From: a virus
DNA length: 64,000 bases
Strand: one strand, 5' to 3'
IMG/VR virus record: IMGVR_UViG_3300025876_000005
Span: 72,643 to 136,642 of that record
The notes beneath the pieces were generated by a model, which had not been told where the DNA came from, did no database searches, and saw only the letters and a program-made list of their open reading frames with translations. Below, one piece after another: positions 29,466 to 38,552 of this stretch; the stretch's first letter is position 1; each line of letters opens with the position of its first letter. A program made the translations under genes and the position numbers.

Positions 29466-30065
29466 ATGGGTAAAATTAAGAAAGATATAAAAGAATTAAG
29501 CCGAGAAGCTGGTGGCAAAACTAAAGCACGTAGAGAGGCTGAGAAGTGGTTTGTTGAGAGCAGCAAAAACGTTAGAGAAGGTGCTGTGGCTAGATACGGC
29601 GGTAGATTTAGAACAGGCATGATTCACGTGTTTAGATATGATAAGCCTAAAAATGAAGCAACTTTACCGTGGTGGGATCGCAATCCAGTTGTTTTAGCAC
29701 TAGATCCCGCTGATGGTAATGACTTCGGTATTAACCTTAATCTATTACCAGTCTCTTTTAAAGAAGATATGCTGGACTTGATTTATGATAGACTAGAAGG
29801 TCAAATTGAGTCTAAAAAAGCAGGCAAAAAAGGCGTGGCAAGAATGCAAGGTCAAATACCATTAACATATACTGGTGCTAAGGCCTTTCTAGAGCGATTT
29901 GGACTGGGTTTTGCCGTTAGACAATACATACCAGCATTAAAATCAAATCAAAAAATAGTTAACTATGAAAACTGGGCTAGAATAGCACTTTGCGACTTTA
30001 TAGAGCTTAACGGTGCTTCAATCGGGAAGATCAGATACCAGTTCAGAAATCATCTTAGAAAATAG
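29466..30065 (+). CDS. gp2: DNA end-protector protein (gp2-like)
   Basis: GMIHVFRYD.K....LPWWDRNP...GINLNLLP. Confidence 0.8.
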   Translation: MGKIKKDIKELSREAGGKTKARREAEKWFVESSKNVREGAVARYGGRFRTGMIHVFRYDKPKNEATLPWWDRNPVVLALDPADGNDFGINLNLLPVSFKEDMLDLIYDRLEGQIESKKAGKKGVARMQGQIPLTYTGAKAFLERFGLGFAVRQYIPALKSNQKIVNYENWARIALCDFIELNGASIGKIRYQFRNHLRK

Positions 30066-30095
30066 GATATATAAAATTGAAAATACTATCATAAT

Positions 30096-31700
30096 ATGGC
30101 AGGTTATACAAACAAAAGAAACGGACCTTTAAGTTACGGTAGCAAACCGTTTAACTTATCGAACACGTTAAAGTCACTTTCATCATTCGGTATGCGTTAT
30201 GATGACATGGTTCTACGCCAGTCTCAAGCGATTGGTCCAATGGAGGATATGTTTGGCTACGGCCAGATGAATCCAATGGGTCTTGACAATGATGACATTT
30301 ACGGTGCGTTTGCTGCACTGTCAATGACCGACATTAACCTTAAGAAGAACATTCCGTTTTTTGACCAAGAATACCAACAGAAGAGAGAAGAACTTAGAGC
30401 CTTTTCAATTAATGATGAGATTGAAGATATTCTAGACATTCTTTGCGATGAGACTGTAGTTTATGATGATAAAAACTTTTTCTGTCAACCTGAAATCTTA
30501 GGACTTGATGTCTCTGAAAAGGTTGAGAAAGACCTTAACAAATATTTTAGACAGATCTACCACTATTTTGGTTTTAACACAGACCAATCAGCTTGGTATT
30601 ATTTTAGAAAGTTTCTAGTTGATGGTTATCTAGCGTTTGAGATTATATACAATCCAGATCAAACTGAGATTATTGGTTTCAAAGAGATTGACCCGATTAC
30701 ACTTATTCCAGGCTACAACCATGATGATGGTAAAAAAGTTTGGGTACAATTTAAAGATGATCCAACAAAAGAACGTAAACTTTACGATTCGCAGGTTCTT
30801 TACATATCTTACTCTTCAATTACAACGGCAAGCCGTGTAAGTTATCTAGAACGACTAATCAGAGCATTTAACTTATTAAGAATTATGGAACATACTAGAG
30901 TTGTATGGGCCGTGACTAATGCTTCGTTTAGAATGAAGTTTATTATTCCAGTTGGAGGTAAGTCTAAGACTCGTGCTAAGCAATCCTTGGCACAACTGAT
31001 GAACTCTTATAAGGAGAATGTTGATTTTGATTGGGAAAGTGCAACACTGCACACAGATGGCCAGCCAATGCTACAGTTCAACAAAGAATACTGGTTACCA
31101 AGTAAAGAGGGTGAAAGCCCAGAGATTGAAACTCTTGGCGGTGATGGACCAGATTTATCAGATACTGAAGCACTTAAGTACTTCTCTGATAAGTTAAAGC
31201 ACGTATCTAAAATTCCTTACTCAAGATTCTTATATGAAGATGGCGGTGGAGACTTTAACCTTGCAGCTGATGGTATGATTCGCGATGAGATCAAGTTCAG
31301 CAAGTTTATCAAGCGTTTAAGATCTACATTCCAAGAAATACTAGTTAAGCCACTTTTTATTCAAATGTGTCTTAAATACCCAGAATTTACCGAAGACCCA
31401 CAGTTTAAAACTCAAGTTGCATTAAGATTCAACGAAGAGAATATGTTTGCTGAATTAAAGCACATGGAAATCATGGAGCGTAGACTAGAATTCATCGGTA
31501 GTATGCGAGATAGCTTAATGACAACAAACCAAGAAACAATGGAAGAAGAGTACTATTTTGACCAGGCATACCTTGTTAAGAAGTACTTAAAACTTACCGA
31601 CGATGAGATTCAAGCCAACTCAGCGGCAAAAACCAGAGTAGATATGGAAGAAGCCGGTGAAGAGGGTGATGAGGATCAAATGGGCGGTCTTGGATTTTAA
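30096..31700 (+). CDS. gp20: Portal protein (gp20)
   Basis: YFRKFLVDG, SYLERLIR...LRIME, EYWLP..EG, YF..KL...SKIP.SR and RDEIKFSKFI.RLR. Confidence 0.93.
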   Translation: MAGYTNKRNGPLSYGSKPFNLSNTLKSLSSFGMRYDDMVLRQSQAIGPMEDMFGYGQMNPMGLDNDDIYGAFAALSMTDINLKKNIPFFDQEYQQKREELRAFSINDEIEDILDILCDETVVYDDKNFFCQPEILGLDVSEKVEKDLNKYFRQIYHYFGFNTDQSAWYYFRKFLVDGYLAFEIIYNPDQTEIIGFKEIDPITLIPGYNHDDGKKVWVQFKDDPTKERKLYDSQVLYISYSSITTASRVSYLERLIRAFNLLRIMEHTRVVWAVTNASFRMKFIIPVGGKSKTRAKQSLAQLMNSYKENVDFDWESATLHTDGQPMLQFNKEYWLPSKEGESPEIETLGGDGPDLSDTEALKYFSDKLKHVSKIPYSRFLYEDGGGDFNLAADGMIRDEIKFSKFIKRLRSTFQEILVKPLFIQMCLKYPEFTEDPQFKTQVALRFNEENMFAELKHMEIMERRLEFIGSMRDSLMTTNQETMEEEYYFDQAYLVKKYLKLTDDEIQANSAAKTRVDMEEAGEEGDEDQMGGLGF

Positions 31701-31714
31701 AAGATATATAGATT

Positions 31715-32071
31715 ATGAAAATTTACAACACATTCGAATCATTCATAAAAGAAGCCCTAAAAGCTGGCGAAGAATCTGAAATTTACGTTGATGACTATAC
31801 TCTAGATTCTGGTGAGACTATTAAGGCCGCTGAGATACTAGGTGCAATTAATGCATCACCAACCGAAAAGGAATTCAAGCAGTACTTCTTTGATGAGTAT
31901 GGTGAAGGTTCTTTCGCTAGTGGTGAATTAGAAAAAATAACTGCCTTTTTTAACGAGGTTAAAGCTGAAGAGAAGGAGAAAGAAGCCGAAGAAGAAAAGG
32001 AGAAAGAAGAGGCTGATAAGGCTAAAGAAGGCGGAGACGCAGGTGAGCCTAAGCTAGACCTTGACATCTAA
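31715..32071 (+). CDS. Small acidic prohead core-like protein with capsid-targeting-like N-terminus
   Basis: MKIYNTFESFIKE; located between portal and protease, like T4 gp67/gp68. Confidence 0.55.
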   Translation: MKIYNTFESFIKEALKAGEESEIYVDDYTLDSGETIKAAEILGAINASPTEKEFKQYFFDEYGEGSFASGELEKITAFFNEVKAEEKEKEAEEEKEKEEADKAKEGGDAGEPKLDLDI

Positions 32072-32126
32072 TAAGATATTTACATAAGCAAAGCTGATAT
32101 ATATTAAAAATAGAAAAACACATAGA

Positions 32127-34331
32127 ATGAAAAATAGCAAAGATTTATTGATTGTTGAGAGGTCCTCATCGGCACTTACGGTTGATAAGAATGAAAACAA
32201 AGACTATGTGCTTGAGGGTATTTTTGGTCAAATAGATCAAAAGAACAGAAACAACAGAATCTATACGGAAGATGAATATGTTCCACAGATTGAGGCTCTT
32301 CAAGCAAAAATTAAGTCTTCAAAGCTTTTGGGCGAGTTAGATCACCCAACACAATTCGATACTTCTTTAAAGAACGTGTCACACATAGTAGAAGAACTTT
32401 ACTATGATAAAGATACAAAAGAAGTACGTGGTAAAATTAGACTTCTAGATACAGATGCTGGCCGTCAGGCTAAAGCACTTGTTGACGCTGGTGTACCACT
32501 TCAAATTTCTTCTAGAGCTGCAGGCGCTGTTGAATCTAACGGCAAAGTTAAGATCAAGCAACTATTTACATATGACCTAGTAGCAGATCCTGGTTTCGAG
32601 AATGCCGAACTAAAGAGAGTTAATGAGTCTTATGGATTCAGCAACGATGATGGCATTTACATTTATGAAATGGGCGGAGAATCTAACATTCTAGAAAACA
32701 ATTCAGAACAAGAAAAAACAGACACACAAATAAAAGAAAATCAAAACATGGCAGAATTCGTAAAGGCTGAAGACTTTAACAAGTACTCTGAGTATCTTGC
32801 TAAAGAGATCAAGTCAATTAAGGAGGCTATCGACGCAAAGTCTGAAGTAGAAACGACCGACGTCGATGAGAAAATTACTAAAGTGATTGGTCATGGTGAC
32901 CATATCGCAGAAAGCGTTAACAAAATAGGCGAGTATGTTGGTTATCTAGCTGGCAAGTTAGATGACTCTATCCAGTACACAGAACATGTTGCAGAGAAAG
33001 CAGATCAAGGTATTCAGTACTCAGAAGAGTTAGCTGAAAAGTTAGACCAGTCTATTCAATACTCTGAACATGTTGCAGAAAAACTAGACGAAGGTATTCA
33101 GTATACAGAGCATGTTGCTGAAGGAGTTTCAAAACTAAAAGACTTTGCTAACTATCTTGCAGAAGCTCACAATGAAAATACAGCTTCAGGTGAAAACATC
33201 ATCGAGTATGTTAACTACCTAAAAGAAAACATGCAGTCAATCTCAGAATACGCTGAGTACATCGCTGAATCAATCAACGAGAACTTAGTAACAGAAGATT
33301 CGATTGTATTAGATGTAACTGATCCAAAGGCAAAAGACCTTCTTAAATTATTGAAGAAACATAAAGTTTCTATGAAAAACTTAGGAGAAGGACCTAATGG
33401 ATGGGACGAAGTTGAACTAACAGGTTCTAAGAAAGATCTTATGGCTGTAATTTCTGACGAAGATGCAGGTTGGGGAGATCCAGATCTAGAAGAGTACATT
33501 GAAGAATCTAACGGAGTTTTCACAATTAAAGTAAAATCTTTACTTGAAGGTGATGCTGGCATTGAAGGTGAAGACGTTGTTAAGAAGGACGAAGAAGAAC
33601 TAGAAGAAATTGGCGACAACGGAGCTGAAGGTGGCGTTGAAGGCGAAGAAGCTGGTCAAGAAGCAGAAGAAGGTGCTGAAGGTGCTGCTGATGGAGTTGA
33701 TGCTCCAGAAGAAGTACATTCTGAAGAAGACAAAGGTACTCAAGAAGAGGCTGATGATGAAATGCCAGAAGACGAAGGCGAAGATGGAGCTTCAGATCCA
33801 TTAGAAGCTTACAAGAAAGAAGTTTCTTCTAAGTTAGACGCACTAGTTGAAAGCGCAACTAAAGCTGAGAATGAGAATCCATCATTCTTTAGAATTGTAT
33901 CTTCAACAACTCAGTCTAAATACAACGAGCTTAACGAAGCTGCAAAAACTGAAGTTAGACAAATTGTTTCTAAGAGAGGTTTCATGACAGAATCTGAGAT
34001 TGTTTCTCTAATCGAAAAATCAAACATGATTGTTGAGTCTAGACAGGCACAGCCATTCGTACTAGAGGCAATGCCAGCAGAATACGCTGATGTATGGTCA
34101 AACCTTTCAGAAGCTAAGCATAATCAAATTTTAGCTCAATCTAAGTATCATAAACTAGAAACAGAATACCAAGTAAGAAACTTCTGGCAAACTAGAGATC
34201 TAAGAGAATCTGCCTCAGTAATGGAGAAGATCGAAATGATTAAAGAGTCGAAAGAAGTTGAAGAGAACAAAGGCCTTGGATACGATGTAACTGGTTACGC
34301 TGAGCAATTCAAGAAGAGATTTAACAAATAA
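32127..34331 (+). CDS. gp21: Prohead protease (gp21) fused to a scaffold/core (gp22-like) region
   Basis: NRNNRIY, GELDHP, SSRAAG and YDLVADPGF..A protease motifs followed by a long acidic coiled-coil region. Confidence 0.88.
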   Translation: MKNSKDLLIVERSSSALTVDKNENKDYVLEGIFGQIDQKNRNNRIYTEDEYVPQIEALQAKIKSSKLLGELDHPTQFDTSLKNVSHIVEELYYDKDTKEVRGKIRLLDTDAGRQAKALVDAGVPLQISSRAAGAVESNGKVKIKQLFTYDLVADPGFENAELKRVNESYGFSNDDGIYIYEMGGESNILENNSEQEKTDTQIKENQNMAEFVKAEDFNKYSEYLAKEIKSIKEAIDAKSEVETTDVDEKITKVIGHGDHIAESVNKIGEYVGYLAGKLDDSIQYTEHVAEKADQGIQYSEELAEKLDQSIQYSEHVAEKLDEGIQYTEHVAEGVSKLKDFANYLAEAHNENTASGENIIEYVNYLKENMQSISEYAEYIAESINENLVTEDSIVLDVTDPKAKDLLKLLKKHKVSMKNLGEGPNGWDEVELTGSKKDLMAVISDEDAGWGDPDLEEYIEESNGVFTIKVKSLLEGDAGIEGEDVVKKDEEELEEIGDNGAEGGVEGEEAGQEAEEGAEGAADGVDAPEEVHSEEDKGTQEEADDEMPEDEGEDGASDPLEAYKKEVSSKLDALVESATKAENENPSFFRIVSSTTQSKYNELNEAAKTEVRQIVSKRGFMTESEIVSLIEKSNMIVESRQAQPFVLEAMPAEYADVWSNLSEAKHNQILAQSKYHKLETEYQVRNFWQTRDLRESASVMEKIEMIKESKEVEENKGLGYDVTGYAEQFKKRFNK
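32967..33134 (+). repeat. Four tandem 42-nt (14-aa) repeats in the scaffold region
   Basis: SIQYTEHVAEKADQ / GIQYSEELAEKLDQ / SIQYSEHVAEKLDE / GIQYTEHVAEGVSK. Confidence 0.85.
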
Positions 34332-34356
34332 TCTATCTGTTCATTCTATAAATTTA

Positions 34357-34386
34357 AGGGGAGAGTGTTAATTCACTCTCCTTTTT
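34357..34386 (+). terminator. Intrinsic terminator
   Basis: GGAGAGTG-TTAATT-CACTCTCC followed by a T-run. Confidence 0.75.
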
Positions 34387-34429
34387 AACTTTTGCAAAAA
34401 AGCAAAAATTAAGAAGATATATAAACTGA

Positions 34430-34473
34430 TCGACGAATAGGGCTAAAGAAGCAGAAAGCCCATCGAATGTCGA
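34430..34473 (+). promoter_or_regulatory. Structured 5' leader of the major capsid mRNA
   Basis: TCGAC/GTCGA and GGGCT/AGCCC stems just after GATATATA (34416). Confidence 0.55.
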
Positions 34474-34502
34474 ATAAACAAACAAAAAAAGATCATTCAA
34501 AA

Positions 34503-35981
34503 ATGGCAAATTTAATTAACGAAGCTGAGATCAGAAACACTTGGGCTCCTATCATTGAGGAAGCTACAGGTATTACTGAATCTAACAAGCTTGCATGGAT
34601 GTCTGAGTACTGCCACAATCACAAGCTGTACGAAGACGCAAACATTATGGCACTTAACCCAGGTATGAACTTAGCTGGTATGGGCGCAGTATCTTTCCCA
34701 GCTAACGGTAGCACAGCTAACGTAGGTGGTTCAGGTGCAAACGGTTCAGGTGACAAAGCTCCAACATTGCTTCCTTTAGCAATGCAGGTTGCTGCTCAAA
34801 CTATCGGTCTAGACTTAGTACCAGTAGTACCAATGGCAGGTCCAATGGGATTACTTTCTTACTTAGACTACACTTACGAAGGTGGTGTTGCTAACGCTAT
34901 CGCTAACGGTGCTGACGGTACTGTAGCTCCAACTTACGTAAAAGCTTCAGGTGCTGGAACTGCAGACATCGCTGCTGTACCTGATACTAACGGTGACTAC
35001 GAATTCGTAGGAACTTCAAGAATTGACGGTAAGTCAATCTTTAAAGTAGGTACTATCGTAGATGCAACTGTAGCTGCTGATTTAGAAGCTGCTGGTGCTG
35101 ATAGTGATTCTGTTGAACTAGTAAAAGCTATGGAAGATCACATCCCAGGATTTACTGGTGATGCTGATTCAGACGGTAACGCTCTTCCTTTCTCAAGAGA
35201 AAAAGGTGAGTCAACTAGAGACAAGCTAATGGGCTTAAGCCTATTCAGCAAGTCAGTTGCTGCTGAAACTTTCCAAGTTGCTGCTGGTGTAACTAGAGAG
35301 CAAGTACAAGACCTAAAACAATTCGGTGTTGATGCTGTTGCTCAAGTAGAAGCAGTATTAACTAACGAATTGACTCAGTCTATCAACGACTACATCTTGA
35401 AGTCAATGAGAAATCTTGCAGCTACTAACATAACTGAAAACCCATTCTCAGCTGCTATCGACCTATCTCCAACTACCAACTATGGTGGTGAGACAAGAGG
35501 TGAAGCACACAGAAGAATTTTAACTAACGTTCTTGCTGCTGCTAACTTTATCGCTAACAAAGGTAGAAGAGGTGCTGGTAACTTCGCAGTAGTTGATGCT
35601 AAAATCGCTTCAGCTCTACAAGGTATCGCAGGTTTCGTACCTAACCCAATGGCTAACACGTTCAACCAAGTTGCAGGTGCAATCTACCCAGTAGGTTCTG
35701 TAGCAGGTATCAACGTTTACACTGACCCTAGACTTCCTTTCAACGGAGGTTACCTAGGTGATTCTGCTGGTACACACAGAATCCTAGTAGGTAGAAAAGG
35801 TGACGGTAACTCAGCTGGTCTAGTATTCATGCCTTACCTAATGGCTGAATCAGTACAAACAATTGCTGAAGGAACTATGGCTCCTAAAGTAGCTGTTAAG
35901 TCTAGATTCGCATTGGTTGAAGCTGGATTCCACCCAGAAACTCAATACGTTGAGTTCAAAGTTGAAAACGTTGAACTATAA
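34503..35981 (+). CDS. gp23: Major capsid protein (gp23-like; start re-assigned from 34467)
   Basis: W.PI.E N-terminus, PVVPMAGPMG, GRRGAGNF, G+NVY.DP, F.PY and K.AVKSRFAL. Confidence 0.92.
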   Translation: MANLINEAEIRNTWAPIIEEATGITESNKLAWMSEYCHNHKLYEDANIMALNPGMNLAGMGAVSFPANGSTANVGGSGANGSGDKAPTLLPLAMQVAAQTIGLDLVPVVPMAGPMGLLSYLDYTYEGGVANAIANGADGTVAPTYVKASGAGTADIAAVPDTNGDYEFVGTSRIDGKSIFKVGTIVDATVAADLEAAGADSDSVELVKAMEDHIPGFTGDADSDGNALPFSREKGESTRDKLMGLSLFSKSVAAETFQVAAGVTREQVQDLKQFGVDAVAQVEAVLTNELTQSINDYILKSMRNLAATNITENPFSAAIDLSPTTNYGGETRGEAHRRILTNVLAAANFIANKGRRGAGNFAVVDAKIASALQGIAGFVPNPMANTFNQVAGAIYPVGSVAGINVYTDPRLPFNGGYLGDSAGTHRILVGRKGDGNSAGLVFMPYLMAESVQTIAEGTMAPKVAVKSRFALVEAGFHPETQYVEFKVENVEL

Positions 35982-36009
35982 TCTTTAACTAGATAACACG
36001 TTTATATAA

Positions 36010-36040
36010 GAGAGGCTCTCATTTGAGGGCCTCTTTTTTG
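36010..36040 (+). terminator. Intrinsic terminator after the major capsid gene
   Basis: AGAGGCTCTC-ATTT-GAGGGCCTCT followed by a T-run. Confidence 0.8.
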
Positions 36041-36089
36041 TTTATAGAAGTCTGATATATAATACAAAGATACTAAAAAAAATAAGAGT

Positions 36090-36950
36090 ATGATGAAGCT
36101 TAAGAATAAATTAATGCTTTTTGAAGAATTTGCTGAGACGAGAACTGCAGTAGATACTAAGGTTAGCAATGTTGACGTTAAACAGGGTGTTGATATTAAC
36201 GTAGATGCAAAACCAGGCATTAGAACAGATATTGTAAAAGATGTTGATACCATTATTAACAAACTTGAATACCTTGCAAATAACATGGAAGATGTTGAGG
36301 AATTTGCAAATGAATCACAACTTAATGAAGGTACTGTAGATCAGATTGTGTCGGCAGAGTTATATATGATTCCAGTAATTGCAGCTGGTGTTGTTGCAGC
36401 TGCTGGTGTAGGTGTTGGAATACTAATTAAAAGAGCAGTTACTAAAGCTAAAATTAGAGCTAAACACAAAAAAGTGGTTAGAGCTAATAAGATAAAAGCT
36501 GCAAAGATGGAGATCTACGTAAAAGAACTTAGAGATTATAAGAAGCAAGACTTTGATGATAGATCAAGACAGAAAGTTAAAGAATTTAATAAAAAGATCG
36601 AAGAGTTAAGACAGGCAGCAGAAGACATGAACGGCGCTCTGATTGAAAAGTACCCAAAATATAAAGATTTTATAGGCACTCTAAATTCTGAGGTTAGAAT
36701 GGAAATCGCTCAGTTTATGTTAGACTCAAAACTTCTTACAGATACAGAAAAAGAAAGATACCAAAAGACTTACCGTAATGCAGTAAGATCACTAGATAGA
36801 AGATTAAAGAAGGCTGAAGAAGAAAAGAAAGCCGCAGAAGAAAAGGTTAAGAATGCTTCTAAAGAAGACTTAGCCAGAATTGAGGCTGAAAAAGAAAAGC
36901 TTCAACAAGAATTTAAAGATAAAGAAGAAACTGAAGATAGCGAAGCTTAA
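36090..36950 (+). CDS. Late protein with capsid-targeting-like N-terminus, one hydrophobic helix and a coiled-coil tail
   Basis: KLMLFEEFAE; IPVIAAGVVAAAGVGVGILI; GATATATA at 36054. Confidence 0.6.
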   Translation: MMKLKNKLMLFEEFAETRTAVDTKVSNVDVKQGVDINVDAKPGIRTDIVKDVDTIINKLEYLANNMEDVEEFANESQLNEGTVDQIVSAELYMIPVIAAGVVAAAGVGVGILIKRAVTKAKIRAKHKKVVRANKIKAAKMEIYVKELRDYKKQDFDDRSRQKVKEFNKKIEELRQAAEDMNGALIEKYPKYKDFIGTLNSEVRMEIAQFMLDSKLLTDTEKERYQKTYRNAVRSLDRRLKKAEEEKKAAEEKVKNASKEDLARIEAEKEKLQQEFKDKEETEDSEA

Positions 36951-37459
36951 TCTAATTTACGCTTAGCATTCTTCTTTGCAAGATCTAGGAACTCCTGTCT
37001 CTCATTGAGCAGGAGTTCTTTACATTTACGGCGAAACTCAATTGAACTCTTAAGAATCCTGCTGTCGACCATTGGAGCCTTTAAGACATCATGGTATTCT
37101 GGGTGGACAAAGTTCTCAAGATCAAAATTCATAAACTTAGACTTGATTGGTTTGCCGCTGATGGCACATAACCAATTAACTGTGTTGACACTCTCTTTAA
37201 ACTCGTTAATGTCCACAGGGCGCTCAGATTGCCAATCAAAGTATGTTTTGTATGCAGTACTATCCTTTGTGCTGACTTTCTGCATTCTAAGGACGCAGTG
37301 AATAAACTGGTCATCACCAGACCACTTCTTGATATGACGATTTTCAACCAAGAATCTACGGTGCTTTTTCTGAAGAGGCTTCAGTTTAATACCATATCGG
37401 TTGATTGGATAACTACCACCGGTTCTCTCAATTCTAATGTCAGCGTAAGATCTAGCCAT
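36947..37459 (-). CDS. Hypothetical protein (only credible minus-strand gene)
   Basis: 170-aa ORF exactly filling the gap between two plus-strand genes. Confidence 0.65.
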   Translation of the reverse strand: MARSYADIRIERTGGSYPINRYGIKLKPLQKKHRRFLVENRHIKKWSGDDQFIHCVLRMQKVSTKDSTAYKTYFDWQSERPVDINEFKESVNTVNWLCAISGKPIKSKFMNFDLENFVHPEYHDVLKAPMVDSRILKSSIEFRRKCKELLLNERQEFLDLAKKNAKRKLD

Positions 37460-37521
37460 ATATACTATCTATCAGTGAAACTAAGAGGCCAGCTTTCATA
37501 TAAGATACAAAAGTAACTTAT

Positions 37522-38478
37522 ATGCAGTCAATAAACCAGCTCTTCACAGAGAAGTATCGTCCAAAAGATTTAAGCGAGTTGATCTTACCAGATCGTGTAA
37601 TGAATAAGTTTAAAGATGGCCTAGTTCAGAATATGCTGTTTGCAGGCAGTCCTGGAACTGGTAAAACATCAGCAGCTAAAGCAATCGTCAATCAATTTGA
37701 ATTGCCTTATCTCTATATTAACGCATCAACAGATACTTCGGTTGACGTGATTAGAACTAGAATCACTGACTTCTGTTCAACGGTTTCAATTATGGACAAA
37801 CCAGGCAGCTTTAAAGTTGTAATCCTAGATGAGGTTGACGGTGTATCGGATCAGTTCTTTAAAGCACTGCGTGCGACAATGGAGATATTTGCAAGTAACA
37901 GCCGCTTTATTGCAACATGTAACTACATCAATAAATTACCAGATCCAATCTTAAGCAGATTTGAAGTAATTAACTTTGACTTTGACAAGGAAGAAGAGGC
38001 TGAATTGACTAAGAAATATATCAAGCGTGTTTATAATATCTGTAACCAAGAAGAGATGACAATTGAAAAACCAGCATTAGTTGAGTTTGTACGTCGTAAC
38101 TTCCCAGATCTAAGAAGCACCTTGAATAAGCTACAGGGCTATAAAACACAAGGTACAAACCATATTACTGAAGCAGAAGTTAAACGCTTCAACTCAGTCT
38201 ATAAAGATGTTTTTGATCTAATCTTTAACGAGACAGATCCAGCTAAGAACTATCAGCTCTTGGTAAGCAATTACGCTTCAAAGACAGATGACATCTTACA
38301 GACACTAGGCGATGACTTTGTCGAATATATAAAACAAGAAAGATCTCAAAGCGTAAAACATATACCACAGATTATTATTACAGTGGCTAAGCACCAAGCA
38401 CAAAGAGTCCATGTAATCGATCCTGTTGTAACCATGTTAAGCTGTGTATATGAGATCCAGACTATTGTAAGAGAATAA
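37522..38478 (+). CDS. gp44: Clamp loader ATPase subunit (gp44/RFC-like)
   Basis: EKYRP, GSPGTGKT, INAS, ILDEVD and SRF motifs; AAAC-N17-TATAA at 37478. Confidence 0.92.
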   Translation: MQSINQLFTEKYRPKDLSELILPDRVMNKFKDGLVQNMLFAGSPGTGKTSAAKAIVNQFELPYLYINASTDTSVDVIRTRITDFCSTVSIMDKPGSFKVVILDEVDGVSDQFFKALRATMEIFASNSRFIATCNYINKLPDPILSRFEVINFDFDKEEEAELTKKYIKRVYNICNQEEMTIEKPALVEFVRRNFPDLRSTLNKLQGYKTQGTNHITEAEVKRFNSVYKDVFDLIFNETDPAKNYQLLVSNYASKTDDILQTLGDDFVEYIKQERSQSVKHIPQIIITVAKHQAQRVHVIDPVVTMLSCVYEIQTIVRE

Positions 38479-38505
38479 CAAGATTTTTGTAAAATAATTT
38501 TTCAG

Positions 38506-38536
38506 TGTCAAATATTTTTATTATATTTGTACTGTA
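38506..38536 (+). promoter_or_regulatory. Host-type early promoter
   Basis: TGTCAA-N10-TATATTTG-T-ACTGTA. Confidence 0.7.
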
Positions 38537-38552
38537 CGTAAAAGATAACAAT

